Shown here piece by piece: positions 27,201 to 42,200 of a stretch of DNA of 64,000 bases; position 1 is the first letter of the stretch; every line of letters begins with the position of its first letter. Origin of the DNA: Styela clava (Eukaryota). A program made the translations under genes and the position numbers. The notes beneath the pieces are model-generated. The model was given only the letters and a program-made list of their open reading frames with translations, searched no databases and was not told where the DNA came from. The stretch spans positions 1,302,001 to 1,366,000 of the forward strand of contig NC_135253.1 of NCBI RefSeq assembly GCF_964204865.1. Reading direction: 5' to 3'.

Positions 27201-30200
27201 TGCGAATTTTTCCCACATTAAAAGCTTAACAAGATAATTTTGCAAAGTGCATGTTAAAAAACGTTTTAAATTTTCATATACTCGTTGGATCTCGATTTTC
27301 TTGGATATTGGTAAAGAAAATTGATAACAGATGACATTACATGTGTTTGGAATAAATTGCTATAGCAAAATGTTAATTATTAAGTCAAATCGAAGATAAA
27401 ACGGAATTTTCCACAATTATACGACTATAACAATCATAACTACAGGTGGCAACTGCTCTTTGGCTACGTGCATGATGACATCCGTTGAACTAAACGGTAA
27501 TTTTATTCGTACCGATGCAATTACTTAGAAAAATACAAGCAAGCTGGCGACATATTTAATTGTTCACAGACGAAATGGACGAATTTCCCCAAAACAACCC
27601 CGAGGGACAAAATTAGAAAATGACATTCGTCTATCTATCTATTTAACAAAACGTATAATTACGACATTTAGAGAGGCTTCGATGTGACTTATCCTTTTTA
27701 GTCGACCACAAATAACAGGGAATTACACGTACCACGAGCGCAATAAATCTCTATAGACGAATGAAATGACGTTTATTGTCATAAAACCTTATATTAGACA
27801 CACACCGCGACATTTGAAAACAGGGCTGGGAATATCACGTATTAGGTCTCCTTAAATATAGAATAATTTAAAATCGAACGGAAAAAAAGACTAATAAAGC
27901 CAACTTAGACTAATATAGTTTTTCATATCTGAATTAGATAAAAAATACACAAATATTAATATGTATATAACATAGCTAAATCGTACTGATGGCTAAAAAA
28001 ACAATTTCAGTATGATAGTATTTCCACCATTTTCATGAGAGTTTTAGTTCGGATAAAAGCACTGCTTGCTTTGGTACTTTACTAAGTACTTTACTGTCAG
28101 GATTGTTATTGACGCTGTTTGGTGATTCGACAAAACAATAAACACAAAACGGATGGCGGAATGATGGTGACGCAAATATGATTTCAATTCAGTGACGAAA
28201 TGACGATGTAATAAATGAAAATGCTAAATTTTATTTTTCTAGTAATCTCTAGATTTGTTCTGTGAAACTAAAAATAACCCATGGAAATCATGATTCATAT
28301 TCAATGCTCAGAAACATGCAGATATAGAGATTTTATCGAAGATAAAAGTTTTTGGAGGATTACAAGACCGTCTTACGATCACTCTATTGTATCTCGATTA
28401 ACGTTTGCGGGGATTAAACAATGTAATGATGGTTTATATTTAGCCGATTATCATTCAGTCAAACCGGGGTTCCCCTAGATATCGATGGTTACAAACAGCC
28501 ATGAAGAATAAAATCAGACCGAGTTATGCTTTTCCCTCCAATGCATAAATTTTATTGATTTTGAATATGATAAACTCAAGTAAAACGGTTAAAAGCATAT
28601 AATAAATAGTGTGTTGTAATTTGTACTTAGTTATTGTGGCATACGTTAAAGAAAGCTTATTTAAGTAATAAACGAAAAAACCTTTGATCACATGCCGGAA
28701 CTGCCGTGAATCACGCGTTCCGTGCGTAATTAAACTTTGACAGCGAAACAACAAGTTGTATGGTTGTTAACAATAACGGAGACACTGTGGCACCGACAAA
28801 AACTACCAGCGAATACAAGTGCCGCAGTGAATCATTGAGTCGGGTTGAGGTATGCACCCACTTGTGTGGGGAAGAATTAATATTTTGTATCTAAACTTCA
28901 GAGAGCCAATTAAGTCGACTTAACAACCCTCATAGGAAAGATTCGCACCGTAAATGTCACTCGGTGTAGAGGCAGAAGATCGTATAAAACAATGCGATAT
29001 GCGAACAAATAAACTTTTAAACTGACTGAGCGACAGCTCCTCTAGCGACCAACCCACCATATTTGCAAGATTAAATTTTACATGGCGAACTGAGATAAAA
29101 GAATGAAATAAAAATGGATGTTGTAATCCGGTATACGATTGTCGCTAAAAGTGGTCATGGCTGCGATAATCCTAGCCTTGGGCGTAACCAGCGCATTTCG
29201 CTCGAAGTTCCTCGTAAAAGAATAGTTATTTATGGAAGATACATGTAAAAAAAAGCAAAAATGAATATGGCAATCAGTAAATATAATAATTAGAATTACA
29301 CTCTGCCATGGGTAAAGCATATGTTGACAAAAAAGTAAGAAAACCGTTCATATCTGGCTCATCCCAACAGTGTATATTCCTGTCCATTTTGAACCAAGCC
29401 GAGAACACATAGCAACCATGTTACATGTTACTTTTGTTTCCAAAATAATCGAGAAGTGTCAGACATGCCCGTGAAATAAATATTTAGGTAACAGGTAAAC
29501 AAACAGAAGCGCTAGCTGGAAATATAACGAGCTACATATGAACTTGGACGACAAATTAGAAGACAATAGAACAGACGTAGGAAGTCAAAATCGCGACAAC
29601 CAAAGTATGCCGATCGTCAAACCTAAATCGAAGAAGTTTTCAGATGGTCATCCTTCAATTCAAAATGTATATAACAAAAACCAAAAATAAAATTTGGGAA
29701 AACACTTTGCACAAAATACATTAATTCAATTCATGTTTTATATACAGGGTGACACCAAAAACAGAAGCCAAAAATTACTTCTACGAAAATGAAGAAAATT
29801 TATTCAACATTTCATGCACATGTCTTTATGTCCCCTCTAAAATATGTTACAAATATTCGTTTTTTGGTCACCCTATAAATTGATCACAATTATTAAAAGT
29901 GCCACGAAGTCGAAAAGTTTCCTTTCGTTTTTATTTATTATAAGGGGGCAATTCAAGTTATATATTTGATTTATTAGATTTTTATGAGAGTCCGAAAAGT
30001 AAAAATCTGCGAACTCGAGCAGGTTCACAGTTCGATAAAACCGTCATCGGAATGACAACCACAGATGACCGCGTTTGCTTTGTTTAGAAATATAAAAGAT
30101 ACATTGAAACATTACGAGTTGTTTTTTGACAGCGTCGGTGGTTCGCTTCTCGGAAGAGTCGTGATGAACATAGGCCACACGGATAACAAAATAACTCAAG

Positions 30201-33200
30201 AATTTTACGCGTCGATTTCTTTTCTTCTAAACTTTCTCTTTTTTATTAAAAAATTAGTTTACAACGATATTGACATCGAAACAGAAAATATATACAATGT
30301 GGTCATATTTTTCGCTATAAATCAAACTGATTGAAAAAAAAATTAAAAAAATGGTCGATTCTCCGAAGAGAACTGACAACGTTAATCCATCTACAATGCC
30401 ATAATCTTTAACGGCGTGAACCTTTTTGGCCCACGTCCACCATTGGAATTTTTTAATAAGAAAAGCCAACCAAAAAAATTCAGTAGAATAAAGTATATTC
30501 CGGTGTGAATTGTGGTATTCTCGACTGGTAGATAAAAACACTTAAAAGAGCGATGATTCAAGTATGTGAAGCCGATAATGCTCATTAAAAGTCACAGGCC
30601 ACCTAACGCTTTTATCAGACTAATACTGTATCCTAATATTAACTTACTCGAAATAACATCGAATTAGATTTAATGTTTTATCTTTGAAGAGTGGTTTTGC
30701 AATTTTGTTCTGAACTACTTAAAAATGTTCTTGTTTATTATTACCGTCAACGTAAACAAGAATAGTCATTGACAGATGGTTTATGAAATGTCAATCTAAA
30801 AGATTAAGAAACCAATTATTAGTTGAAATATTGAAAATGTTGAAAAAAAGAAGATGACATATACATGGTTACATGTTGTGAAGGTCATAAATAAACAAGA
30901 CTTTTACTCGAGGAATGCCGAACCTAAAATATTTGATATTTTCAGATATTTTTGTAAGTAAAATTCAATAAATTAGCAATTGGGTTTCTCAACGTTTGTA
31001 TCTATGGATGATAGTATCTCTCACTCCACGCAATTTATAGTGATCGTATATATCACCAAGTCAGTTTTTACACATCAATATACCCAAACATAAATTATAT
31101 GATAATAAAACCGTTCAGATCGCCATTTTTCAATTTTCGAAATGAAAAATAAAATCCTTATGGCAAATTGTAAAAAATGCCAACATCTCCCCAAAACTTG
31201 ACAGGAAAGAGAGATAATCATCATACTCGTCAGTGGCCACTCGCACGACTGACAGTGTTGTTGATTTGAATAAACATAAACACAAAAGAATAAAACTGAT
31301 AGTAAAACAGGCCTAAACCAAAATCCCCGCTTAAGATAAATTTAGCAAAATAAAACCACGGATTACCACGAATGTATCCAATCAGATAAAATAAATAAGT
31401 CATCGGGGCAACAAGGCCATTTCAAAATACTAGACAACGTGTGAAGTATATATACACAAATCCTTGATCAGAACGAATGACAAGAAGCTTACAAAGGAGT
31501 TAAGGCGATTTACGGATCCCTCCAGATTCTTATCTCAACGTCATCCAGCAAATCGAGAAGTCAGTGCTCCCCTTCGAAAAGTATCGACATTTTACTACAA
31601 AATGGTTTACTGTGAAAGTTTTATTGTAAGGTCGATGTTTATGTGAAAGTGTTTGTGTTTCGTTGAGTGCAATTTAACAAATAAGTGAACACTGAAGAAA
31701 ATAATTCAGTTAGCTTTTTTGAGTTTGAATGAACAGATTTACTAAACATAGAGCACGCGCACAACCAAACGTATTTCATCTATAGTATAGGCTGTTTTAA
31801 TCCATTTTCTTGTGGGTAGATTTATATCCGAGTGTAATTCCTGTTTTATCAGATATATTCAACGATTTGAGAATTAATACAAATACTATCAATAAATATT
31901 ATGCAATTCGAATAGAATTACATTAAAATGCGTGCATACAATGTGGAGATAAAATCAAAGTTATGCATATACGTCACGTCGTATTCTGACCGTTAAACAA
32001 GCTGATTATACAAGATTAAAATTAAAATATGGTGAAGTGGGTGAAATATTTCTCCGATTTACAGCATCATTGTTGTAAACATTGTTTACATTGTTGTAAA
32101 CTGCTTGTCTGAGGAAGTCTGATTTTGGTCAGACGAAACGTTACAGAAATATATTTGTGTTAGTGTGCAGCAGGACTCTTGAATTGCATATTATGGTATT
32201 TTATTCATGCTACAGCATCCTTGCATTACATGCATACGGATCCACTAGCGCAAAGGCATAGAGAAAGGATTGGGAGTTAGTCTCGCGCAACCTCTACTGA
32301 TCGTTATAAAAAATTGATCATTCGCATTATGAGAGTCTGAACGCTATCAAAACCAAAGCAACACAAAAGGGCAAAACCTCTGAGCTGAACTAAAATTCAA
32401 TACAAAATTTTTAAAAAACCATAATTGGCCACCTGTTCGAGAAAAGCACCCTTGAGGATTATTATTTCGAAGCAGCAAAATATGAGTTATTATTCTATGT
32501 TGCGTAACAGTAGGCCACTGCATAATTCTTGATATTCATTTTTTGGCGACCAACTATGGCGAAATCTAACGGGTGGACGACAGTCTTTGAAATGATGAAA
32601 TCTCCACAGCAGCTGCATTTCTCAAACAGGAAGGATTCCTACCGATATGGATCACCATGTCACAGCAAGCGGGAAACATTGGATTGTCCCGAGTTCACAG
32701 CAATAGTGAATAAAAGAAGAGTATACTTTACATACAAGAGTCAGTTCTATTTTTAAATATAAATTAACTAAGGAGAATTAGTGAGAAGTTCTAGAAAACG
32801 AATTACGATTAGATAATTTTTTTTGGAGACGATAACTAGCTTTTCTGCCTGGACATAAAATATTAACTGAAAACATCAATCCAAATTCTGAAATGGGGCG
32901 TGTGCTATCCTGAATATACCACATAAAAATATAAAATAAAACTCTTTAATATTACTTGAAAAGACCATCAAAGAGTTGTCATACGTGTGGTCTGAGTGGG
33001 AAGGTGGCCCAATGAGTCATTGACAAAACTGACAGTATCTATTGTACAAGTTTCCGAATTCCTGGGAATAACTAAATTTAGGAAGACGTCACAGCACGTC
33101 CAACAACCTCATGACGACAAAATAACGTCATGTTTTCGGCGTGGGGTGCCATCGGTTAGGATATAAAAATTTCATACCCTCCAGGAGTATAGAAAGCTTT

Positions 33201-36200
33201 CTATTTATATAAAAAAATGTATCAATAACCAAATTGTTTCAAATTCCGTGTGTCGCCTAAACGATGTGCCCTTGAACAAAATGGCAACGTATGTCATACT
33301 AAAAGAAAAATGAACGACAATTTAATATAAAAATGTCTATGTAGTTAACAAGTATTGGGAGAAAATTTCATGTTATTGTGCAACCACATTTTTTCATCAT
33401 CAACTTCAAATAATAACCCGTCGCTATCAAGACGCTTGACGTTGTCAGGCTTCTAAGACCGAATATATGAATATGATTCAAATTCGAGTGGCAAAGACAC
33501 ATTAAATCACTCTCAATTTTAAAAGAAATTAGTCCATTTTGTCTGAAAGCTGTTAGTAAGAAATTAGAAAATCGATATCAGCAATAAAACGTGGCAGAGT
33601 ATAATATTGATAAGGGAATTGGAACTATAGTGATGAGTTCAAAAATCACAGCTCCGAAAATAATATAAAAGTTTTCCTGTTGAAAACAGATTATTTTACC
33701 AGCATTGAGATACTAAAAATATTAATCAGAGGGTTAAAGACGCTGTTTATTGGCTGTGGGAGATGTAAATCCTGCGCGGTGACTTGGATGAATGGATCGA
33801 CTGTGTCGAATTTTCGAGACGTGACATAGTTAGGACAAATCGGGATGGTGGATGTTTACAGGTAAACAGCCTGGTAAATTCGTCGAAAAAGGCGGTAGTG
33901 GTAATATAATTAGTTCCAATGACACAAGTTTTGCTATACATAACATTTTCGAAAAAAATGATGGATTCGGCCAGTGAAAAAGCATCTTTGACGTTAAATT
34001 ACATATAGAAAGTTTAAAGAGCTAATTGTATCAGCAAAAGTATTTATTTGGGTCCATAACTAAAATAGTAGAAATATAACTAAAATAAAAAATAGAATAT
34101 CAACATGATCATGTCATTGACGACAGGTTTTGAGGAAGAAAGCGTGAAAAACAGCCGCTTATTCCAAGAAAACCGGAATTTGCGAAGCGTGTGCTGGAAA
34201 CCCGGCTTACCAACGAGATTACAAATTGCTTAGATGAGATTGAGCTTGTCAAAATCCGATGGACATGAACATATCTAATTAGTTCTTTACACCAAAAATA
34301 TTGCACAAAACAAAAAAACAACTTTCAATGAACTGACCAATTTGTTCGCAATGTCGTGAAAATTGCAAGGAGATGATATCATTTGATATGGTTTTACCAT
34401 GAATTAAATCAAAACAAATTCAACAAGACAGGAGAATGTGATCCTTCTGTGCAATATGAGATTGTATGTTTTCACATTGAAAATCTAACAGAAAAATATC
34501 GAAAACCAATATCAAATTCATTTCATCTAAATCATTTGTATTTCAGCGAAGTGAATAAGTATGTTATTTTGCTATTTAATAGGAACTGTTAAATAGTTGT
34601 TTGCCTGTATAAATTTCTTCATAACTTCGGAAGCTAATATTTGACGCAACATCGTAGATGACTGACCAAGAAAATATCCCAACTAATATTCACGTAAAAC
34701 CTAGATTACATTTGTAATTCTCTATTATTTCCAGGATATATCGGTTAAGCCTATAACCATGCCTGTTAATTGGCTTATTGTGTTAAAATAAACCCACCGG
34801 CTCATGACACCACAGATTATTTTATCATGTTATAACTACAACAAGAATACAGTGACATGCAGTATGACGGCATTTGAAAAGTCAATGTCATAGAATATTT
34901 TCCTTTTGTCAACCATACTTGCCAAACCCAGAGATGGTTAAAAGAAGCAATCACTGGCCTACGTTAGCAGGTTTAGAGGAATGATTTTGATCAAATGTTA
35001 ACAGGCTTTCACGATATCCACAAGATGAGCAGGGCGAGTTATTGAGATTCAACTCGATTCGTCAAGATCTACATTGCTTGTTATGATTATGATGAAACTT
35101 TGTCACAGTTAACTGAACAATGAGATGATGAAAATTTAGCCTACTTTAATTGTTGTATGCAAACCTTTTTGAGAAAATAGCCCGTAAGTAATAAGTATTT
35201 ACTTATTATGAAGAAAATTGGCGTTCGTTTTGTGAGTTTTAATTTCGAAACTAAAGTCGACAAGCGCGTGCTGACAAAACCAACAAATAAATGATAAAGG
35301 CACCCATACGTGGGTGGGTGACGGACAGCATTGTCATTTGGCGCGTGATGTCGGCAAGCGCAAGCATATTTCCGCGGATTCGCTTCATCAACGTGTAATA
35401 ACATTTCAGTTTATCAATAAAACAGAAGGTAAAAAATCAGTGAATGACTAAACACAAAACTCTGACAAACGTCAGCAACGTTTGATCAACCGCTGGAGAA
35501 ATACCATTTTCGCCAGATATTGGGGGAACATTTTGAAACACTAGTCACTCTTCATGAAATCAAAAAGTCCGGTAATTCATTCGTCAGGCAAATCGTCACC
35601 TTATAAATACCCCAATATACCTATACTCAGATGACCCCTGAAAACTGGTGAATCATCATTAATCAAAGGCGGCTGAATGTGACAAGCCATAAAAGCATTC
35701 GGTGTACCAGAGAAATTTATTGCAGTTTTCACAATTAGGAACCAAATAGTCAGTCCATAGTTCTATTCTTCCATTTAACGTCATGGTAAAATTCGACGTG
35801 ATCAAGATTCGCTAACGTCCAACAAATAATTCTCTTCCATAAGGTTAGATGTTCCATTATAAGTATATATATTTCTTATTTACAATGGGAATTAGAAATG
35901 CATCTAATCAAAACAATGACTAATTGCTGCTCCATTGCGACACCAGGTGTGAGAGTTCTTTCGTTTATAACTTTATACCACAAGATTTCTAGAGGTGGGC
36001 TTTTCGGGCCGGCGATGTGTTTTGTACATACGTTATATGACAGTGATGAACGGAATCATCATCTGCAGTAATCGTAGTCGTTAAATATACTACCGAGAAG
36101 TTGTAAATGTTCTCTCCTATAGTTAACCATAGGTGATACTAGGATAATAACATGTTATGTCATTTGTATCTTGGAAAAAAAGAACTGTCGACATAATATA

Positions 36201-39200
36201 TTTTCATACGTGTAGGGCAAACCGCTATATTCCGACTTATACAACCTCTATTGAAGAAATAAAACTTGTTTCATTATTTCCAACTATCTCAAACCAATCA
36301 AATGTCTTCGCATCACGGCCGATTTGCTTTCTATGAGGATTAGTGTCGTTCACGCAATCATCTAGACCAAACCCCCGGAATAATTTTAAATTTTCAATAG
36401 AATCGAAATCACAAAAGCTGTGTGTGGTCTTGTCACAGTGCGATCAAATATTCTTCGTCGTTTATTACAACATGGAACTAACACAGTGACGTGACAATAA
36501 TAACAGTTTGAGGCGTTGAACTATTACAACAAAACTGAACAAACTTTATTCAATTCAAATTCGATCACAATAAACAAATTGTACTATCCCTTCAGTACGA
36601 AATTTACGGTTTAATAATAATGGTCCAAGTTGGACCAATATTCAAGATGAATGATGTAGCACGGAATATTGTAATTTTCTTGAATGAATTACCGGAATAG
36701 CATGATGATAATATGGACCGGCCACCTCATAACGATAAGAAATTCTCAAAACCATACGAAAGTGAAAAATTTTGCAGGAAAGAACAAATCTTATAAGTTG
36801 TATATCAGAATTATTACATTTGAAAATGGCAATTTTTAGAAACTGAAGCGAATAAAATTCTCGAAGCGTGCTCCTTCTCTATTCGGGTGTCGAATCGCGA
36901 ATCCAACCTAAATAAATCTATGTTGACAAAAATCGAAAGAAAAATCAATGGAGCTCCGAGCTCTATATTTCCAGAAGCTCGTTAGGAGAGTAGAAATGCA
37001 TTCTGGGGACTTTACGAAGCTGTCAAACCCGTCAAACAGCGTTGAGAGACGAGACAGACCACCAAGCGAGAATCGACCCCGAATTGGGGATTAGAGAACT
37101 CGCAGATAGAAAAAGACAAAAGCGAGACCGCGTCCAGTAGAGTCTAGTGGGAGTTAATACCACACGGAATTTGCATGACAGCGTGCTCCCTCGCACAAAG
37201 TCTATTGTTCTTAAAACATCCATGAAAAAGTTAAGCAAACTGACTATTAACGATATTGAAAATGCCAAACGAAGACGGCGACGCACAATGCAAAAAAATG
37301 AAAACCTAATTACCCTGACCACAATTTATTGATTGTAGATCGTAATACCATATATGATAAAAATATTTGTACGGCATTGAATACATACTCCAGCAATAAT
37401 ATAGGCAATGAACATAACAACATTGTTTTCCGGGATCGAACTATATTTAATTTCGATATATTTATTGACAAAGTGAATCAATACCAACTTTCTTTTGTAT
37501 TTGGACCACCAAAGAAGCGATAGACATGTTACTAACAAGCGAGGGTCACCGTGGGTTGATAGCAATGACTCGATGGCGATGATTACGCGACCAGATGTCA
37601 AAAAGTTTGGCGACGTTTACGTTATGACGCAAGCACGCAATGACGCGACTAAGGTTGAGTTTAGGTTGATAGTTGGTGATCAAAGGTTCGTAAAGCTATG
37701 AGCGTGAGTGGTTCTTGATCGTAACGAAACGAAATGATGATGTATATATGATTTATAAAATTGCGTTCAAATCCAACGCCAAAGTCGGAATTTTTTCTAA
37801 AAAATCTAACGTACCATATCCCGCTCCATGAAACACAATTAATCTGAGCTTCCGCCACGTAACTCCATACCTATTTTTTCGAGTGTTTATCGACCTCGCT
37901 CGGAACTAGAGACAGACGAGCAGTTACTACGTTTTGGGAAGGACCGAAGTATTTCCGGTTTATAGGAGTTTACTAATGTGATGCAGCAAGATGAGGTGTT
38001 ATAGGAGCTTTAATTCTGGATTTTCGACTAAGATAAGCCGAGGCGCAAACCACTGAACGAACCACCGTGTGGTTGGAAATTTTCAAAATTTGTTGTTGCC
38101 ATAGAATTAAGAACTAAGCAGTGTTTATTTTTGCGATTTTCTGCACCCGTTCAGGTGATGAAATGGAAGATTTAGAATCGGATCATGTTAGGTGAAGTCC
38201 GGGACATGGGTGGAACAGGCATCGTTAACGAATATTCTTAGACCAATGCAATTAAATCTTAAATTTTTATACTTTCAGAAAACTTAAGACTTAGCGCCGA
38301 CAGCAAAAGGTCGTCGGCTGATAAAAGAAAAGGAATGATTAGTAAAAACAAACAAAATTCGTCACGCACGGTTGGTGGCCACTTATACTTAGAGTAACTT
38401 AAAATGAGAAAAATAATCTGGAAATCGGCTCAATATGATATTATGAGAAAACTTGGTGAGGTGAGGGACCCCAACGCCATTTTGTATTTACGTCCGGGTA
38501 ATAGTAGTTGAAAATCGCAGTTGTTGTGATTAAATTCAATCGATTTTCTATCTGTTATGTCAAGTCCAAAAAAATCTGCTTCAAATTCGTCAATGTTATT
38601 CTTGAATTCTCACTTTCTCTAATTTTAATCACCACAGCTGGAAAGATTTGTTCTATTCAATACAACATAACAAATTCCGCTTACAGAATCAGTTATAAAA
38701 AGTTCACAAGTGAAATGTGGTATAGTATATACAGTAAAACGCATCTTCTCCTGTCATAGTCACTTCCACAGAAGGTAAAGTGCTTATAATTGCAGTTAAT
38801 GTGAATGCAAACTATCAGATATTTGATACGTGTAAGGGAGTCTGAATAATCCGAAAAGTGGTTCACTGGTTGCCATCTGGATGCAACGTCTATTGACGGT
38901 GGAGATGACCCATTATCGACTACATTTCTACAAACGATTGGCATTGTTATGGAATCAACCCATATTCTACTTCTGGGCTCATAGTTTTGATTAAGTATAC
39001 GCCCAAGAGTCTGAGAAATCCGTATGAAATATTAAAACTCACTAATGGAATTACGTCCAGAGATTTTTGATATATTTTTACTGACAGAAAGTTTATTGAA
39101 ACACAATTAACTGTGTATTAATTAATTCATGGGTAGTTTATTTTGTAATATTACTTTGTGGTGCTATGATAAACTTGTAAAATACGAGCAGCGCAGAGAG

Positions 39201-42200
39201 TTATCAAAAGTTGAAACGAGAGGGTCGTATCAGGTTACCAAAATTCAGAGTGCAGAAAATTGATATAATTGGCCTCCTAAAATTGGTTAAATAACACCGG
39301 TGAAATGGCGTCTGGCATGCTAAAACCGTGCCACGCCTTCAATAATAAAACCCAACATCTAGAAGATATAAAAATGGTCAAAATTGAGTAATATGGACAA
39401 ACGATATTAAAAAAAAACACAAAACTTACCCGATCTTGATAGTTAATAGTGAAAATGATAGCGGCTTAGGAGAAAATGGAAACGCTGATAAATGGGGCAT
39501 GTAAAATTGCAAAAGAAATTTAAAACTTTGCGGATAGTCAGAACGGAAACGTTCTGTTATGTCACTAATATGATTGGGCCGCCGAATTTATTGTTTCTGT
39601 CATAGTAAAGCAACGATCGAAAAAGACATGTCGCAGGAAATATGACTTATGTATGACTTAAGTTTGGCAATTCAGTTATTCGCCATTTACAGCGAGAAAC
39701 GAAACTGGCTCAAGGCTTGGTTACCGAGCTATCGATTCAACTGTCCCCAATATGTTTCACCTCATAACTTAAAAAAAGATAGTTATATATATACAGATTT
39801 TATATGTTCGAAAAAAAATATTTTAAAACATTACCACCTAAGTGGAGAAATGCAAATATCAAATTTATATGAAAGTGTACGAGTAGTAGAAATATCTAAG
39901 ACGGACGATTTATAAAATGTAGCAGAAAAACAAAGCGATAGATCCGTCACCAGATATACAACGTCGGGTGGCCTTTCATATACAATTAGCGCAAATTAAA
40001 AGGACAGGTTTTTGCTGTCATTCACGAGATAGTAAAACTGACAGCCCGCCCGCGATTTACTGATTCTATCTTTCCTGTACAATATAAAAAAATAAGAGAA
40101 ATTGGACTAGACCGAGGCGTCGGTGACTCGGTGACCTCTATTGATAAAGGGTCTCGTGAAAATTGACACGGGTGTTCTTCACAAACCTATTCAAGTTTAT
40201 CTGCTATGACGTTGGTAAGAATGCCATGGCATCAAGATGGATTCAAAGATAGCATTTTATTAACGGAAGAACTGGTGAACGAAACATAGGACCGATTTCT
40301 TTATATACAGTTCACAGAATGCATCAGATTCTTCTCATCGTGCGTTAAATATGAAATATGGAGCGTTAAAAAAAACATTCTCACACGGTCATATTAATAA
40401 AACATTTTATCTGTAACAATTTTGCTACCACATCACTCAATATCGACGTAAATTAGACAATGTTCAGGCGTCTTGCAATAAACTTTCTTATTAAATATCA
40501 CCCACTGAATAATAATAGCATTTATTATCGAAGAAAGTGCGCCCGCATACCCTGGAATCGCGTGCTAGCGGTTCAGGCATCGCAGGTATCAAAGCGTATC
40601 TCGATGGCTATCGTATTTTAAGGTGACATGCGGATGGGAAGAATCTTGATAGCAATTGAAATTCTAGCGTTCAATACAATTCGCTAAAACGTTGAAGAAC
40701 GATCTCTCCATTAACCCTTTATTGAGTCACATATTGAAAAAGGTACGCAATTCTACGACCAGATCCAGTTTCATAAACGCCGATATATGCATCAATACTT
40801 GCAGCGATGACACCCATTTTCCAGCTCACTACCGAAACTAAGTTCAAAAATTTTCAATCATTGTGCATTTTTGATATGGTACCTCAGCGGTGAGAACTTG
40901 TCTACAGTTTCAAGGCGATAAAACGTGGTTAGAAGGTTCTTTTAGATAGAATAAACAATACCTGTACAATTTATGAAAGTGTTATTTGGCGGTTAAATGG
41001 TCCCAAAAAAAAAAAACAGTTGCGAATTTGGTGCGTTTTTGTTGAGAATATCGGGTTAATATAGGGTAAGAAAAAGTGTTTATTTTTTTCGAAGAGATAC
41101 GAGTACAATACGGAACGATTTAATCGTGTAAAGGGTGATAAGAACTAAACGGGTATGCTCACGCGATGCCGATAATTGGGCAAGATTGAATGTGGTGGGC
41201 GGAAAAGAAGTCCGCCATTTTGTCTAAGATACAACCACATATTGCGGAAATTTAATACTGCCCCAAAGTCAGTACGAGCTCGTGAAATAAATAACCCCAT
41301 CATATAGATTAATAAAGAGTACTAAATGAAAATTTTTATTCATTTGGGATGAAAACGCTACAACTGCAGTTCATTTGACCGGAGCTGACAAAACTGATAA
41401 AACGGAAAAGAACGATTGCCAATAACCACAGGTCCATAGGGTTTTTTCATGTGGAAAAAAACATAAAATTATAAATTAAAAGTAGATAAATAATAAGATC
41501 GAAAAAATATTTAATTTTCATATAAAATTTAAGAAAGATATATAATTTTGTAAATGAATGTTAGCTATGTAAGATTTTTCAGTGCGTTTATTTAAATCGC
41601 TGATTAAAATCTTGTGATAAATACGTAACGTTTTGTTTTTCTGTCATTAATCCGATTATAGACACATAGATACTAATCGTCCTAGAAGATTAATTCTGGT
41701 TGGTCGGAATAAAACCGACAAAACGAGATTAAAATATAGCCAAAGATGGCACCAACGTAAATCAACTTAAAAAGAGCGATTTATGTCTGGCCAACGCATG
41801 TTTACAGTCGACGAAAAGAATCATTGATTACCACAAAGCACAAGAATACAGTACAGATCATCGAAGTATTTCGCCCCGGATGCCGAAGTTATTTTGAAAA
41901 TTCAAAATGGCGGCTGTAGGTGAAAACAAGAGGCCAGGACACGCAGAAAATAAATACACTGGTTTGCTGCGTAGGTGTAAATAAGCAAAGTAGGTAAATT
42001 AAGAAATCTATTCGCATTGGACAGTAAAATATATACTTGATCACTGACTTATGTCTAACATCTGATTCTTATGAAACAGGATTTACAAAGTATGACCAAA
42101 ATAAAGAGTGAACAGCAACTAAATTATTATTATTACAACATGTAGATTATATCAACCCAGCCGAAAAAAGAAAAGAAAAACAAAAGGTTTCTTTGAGTGA

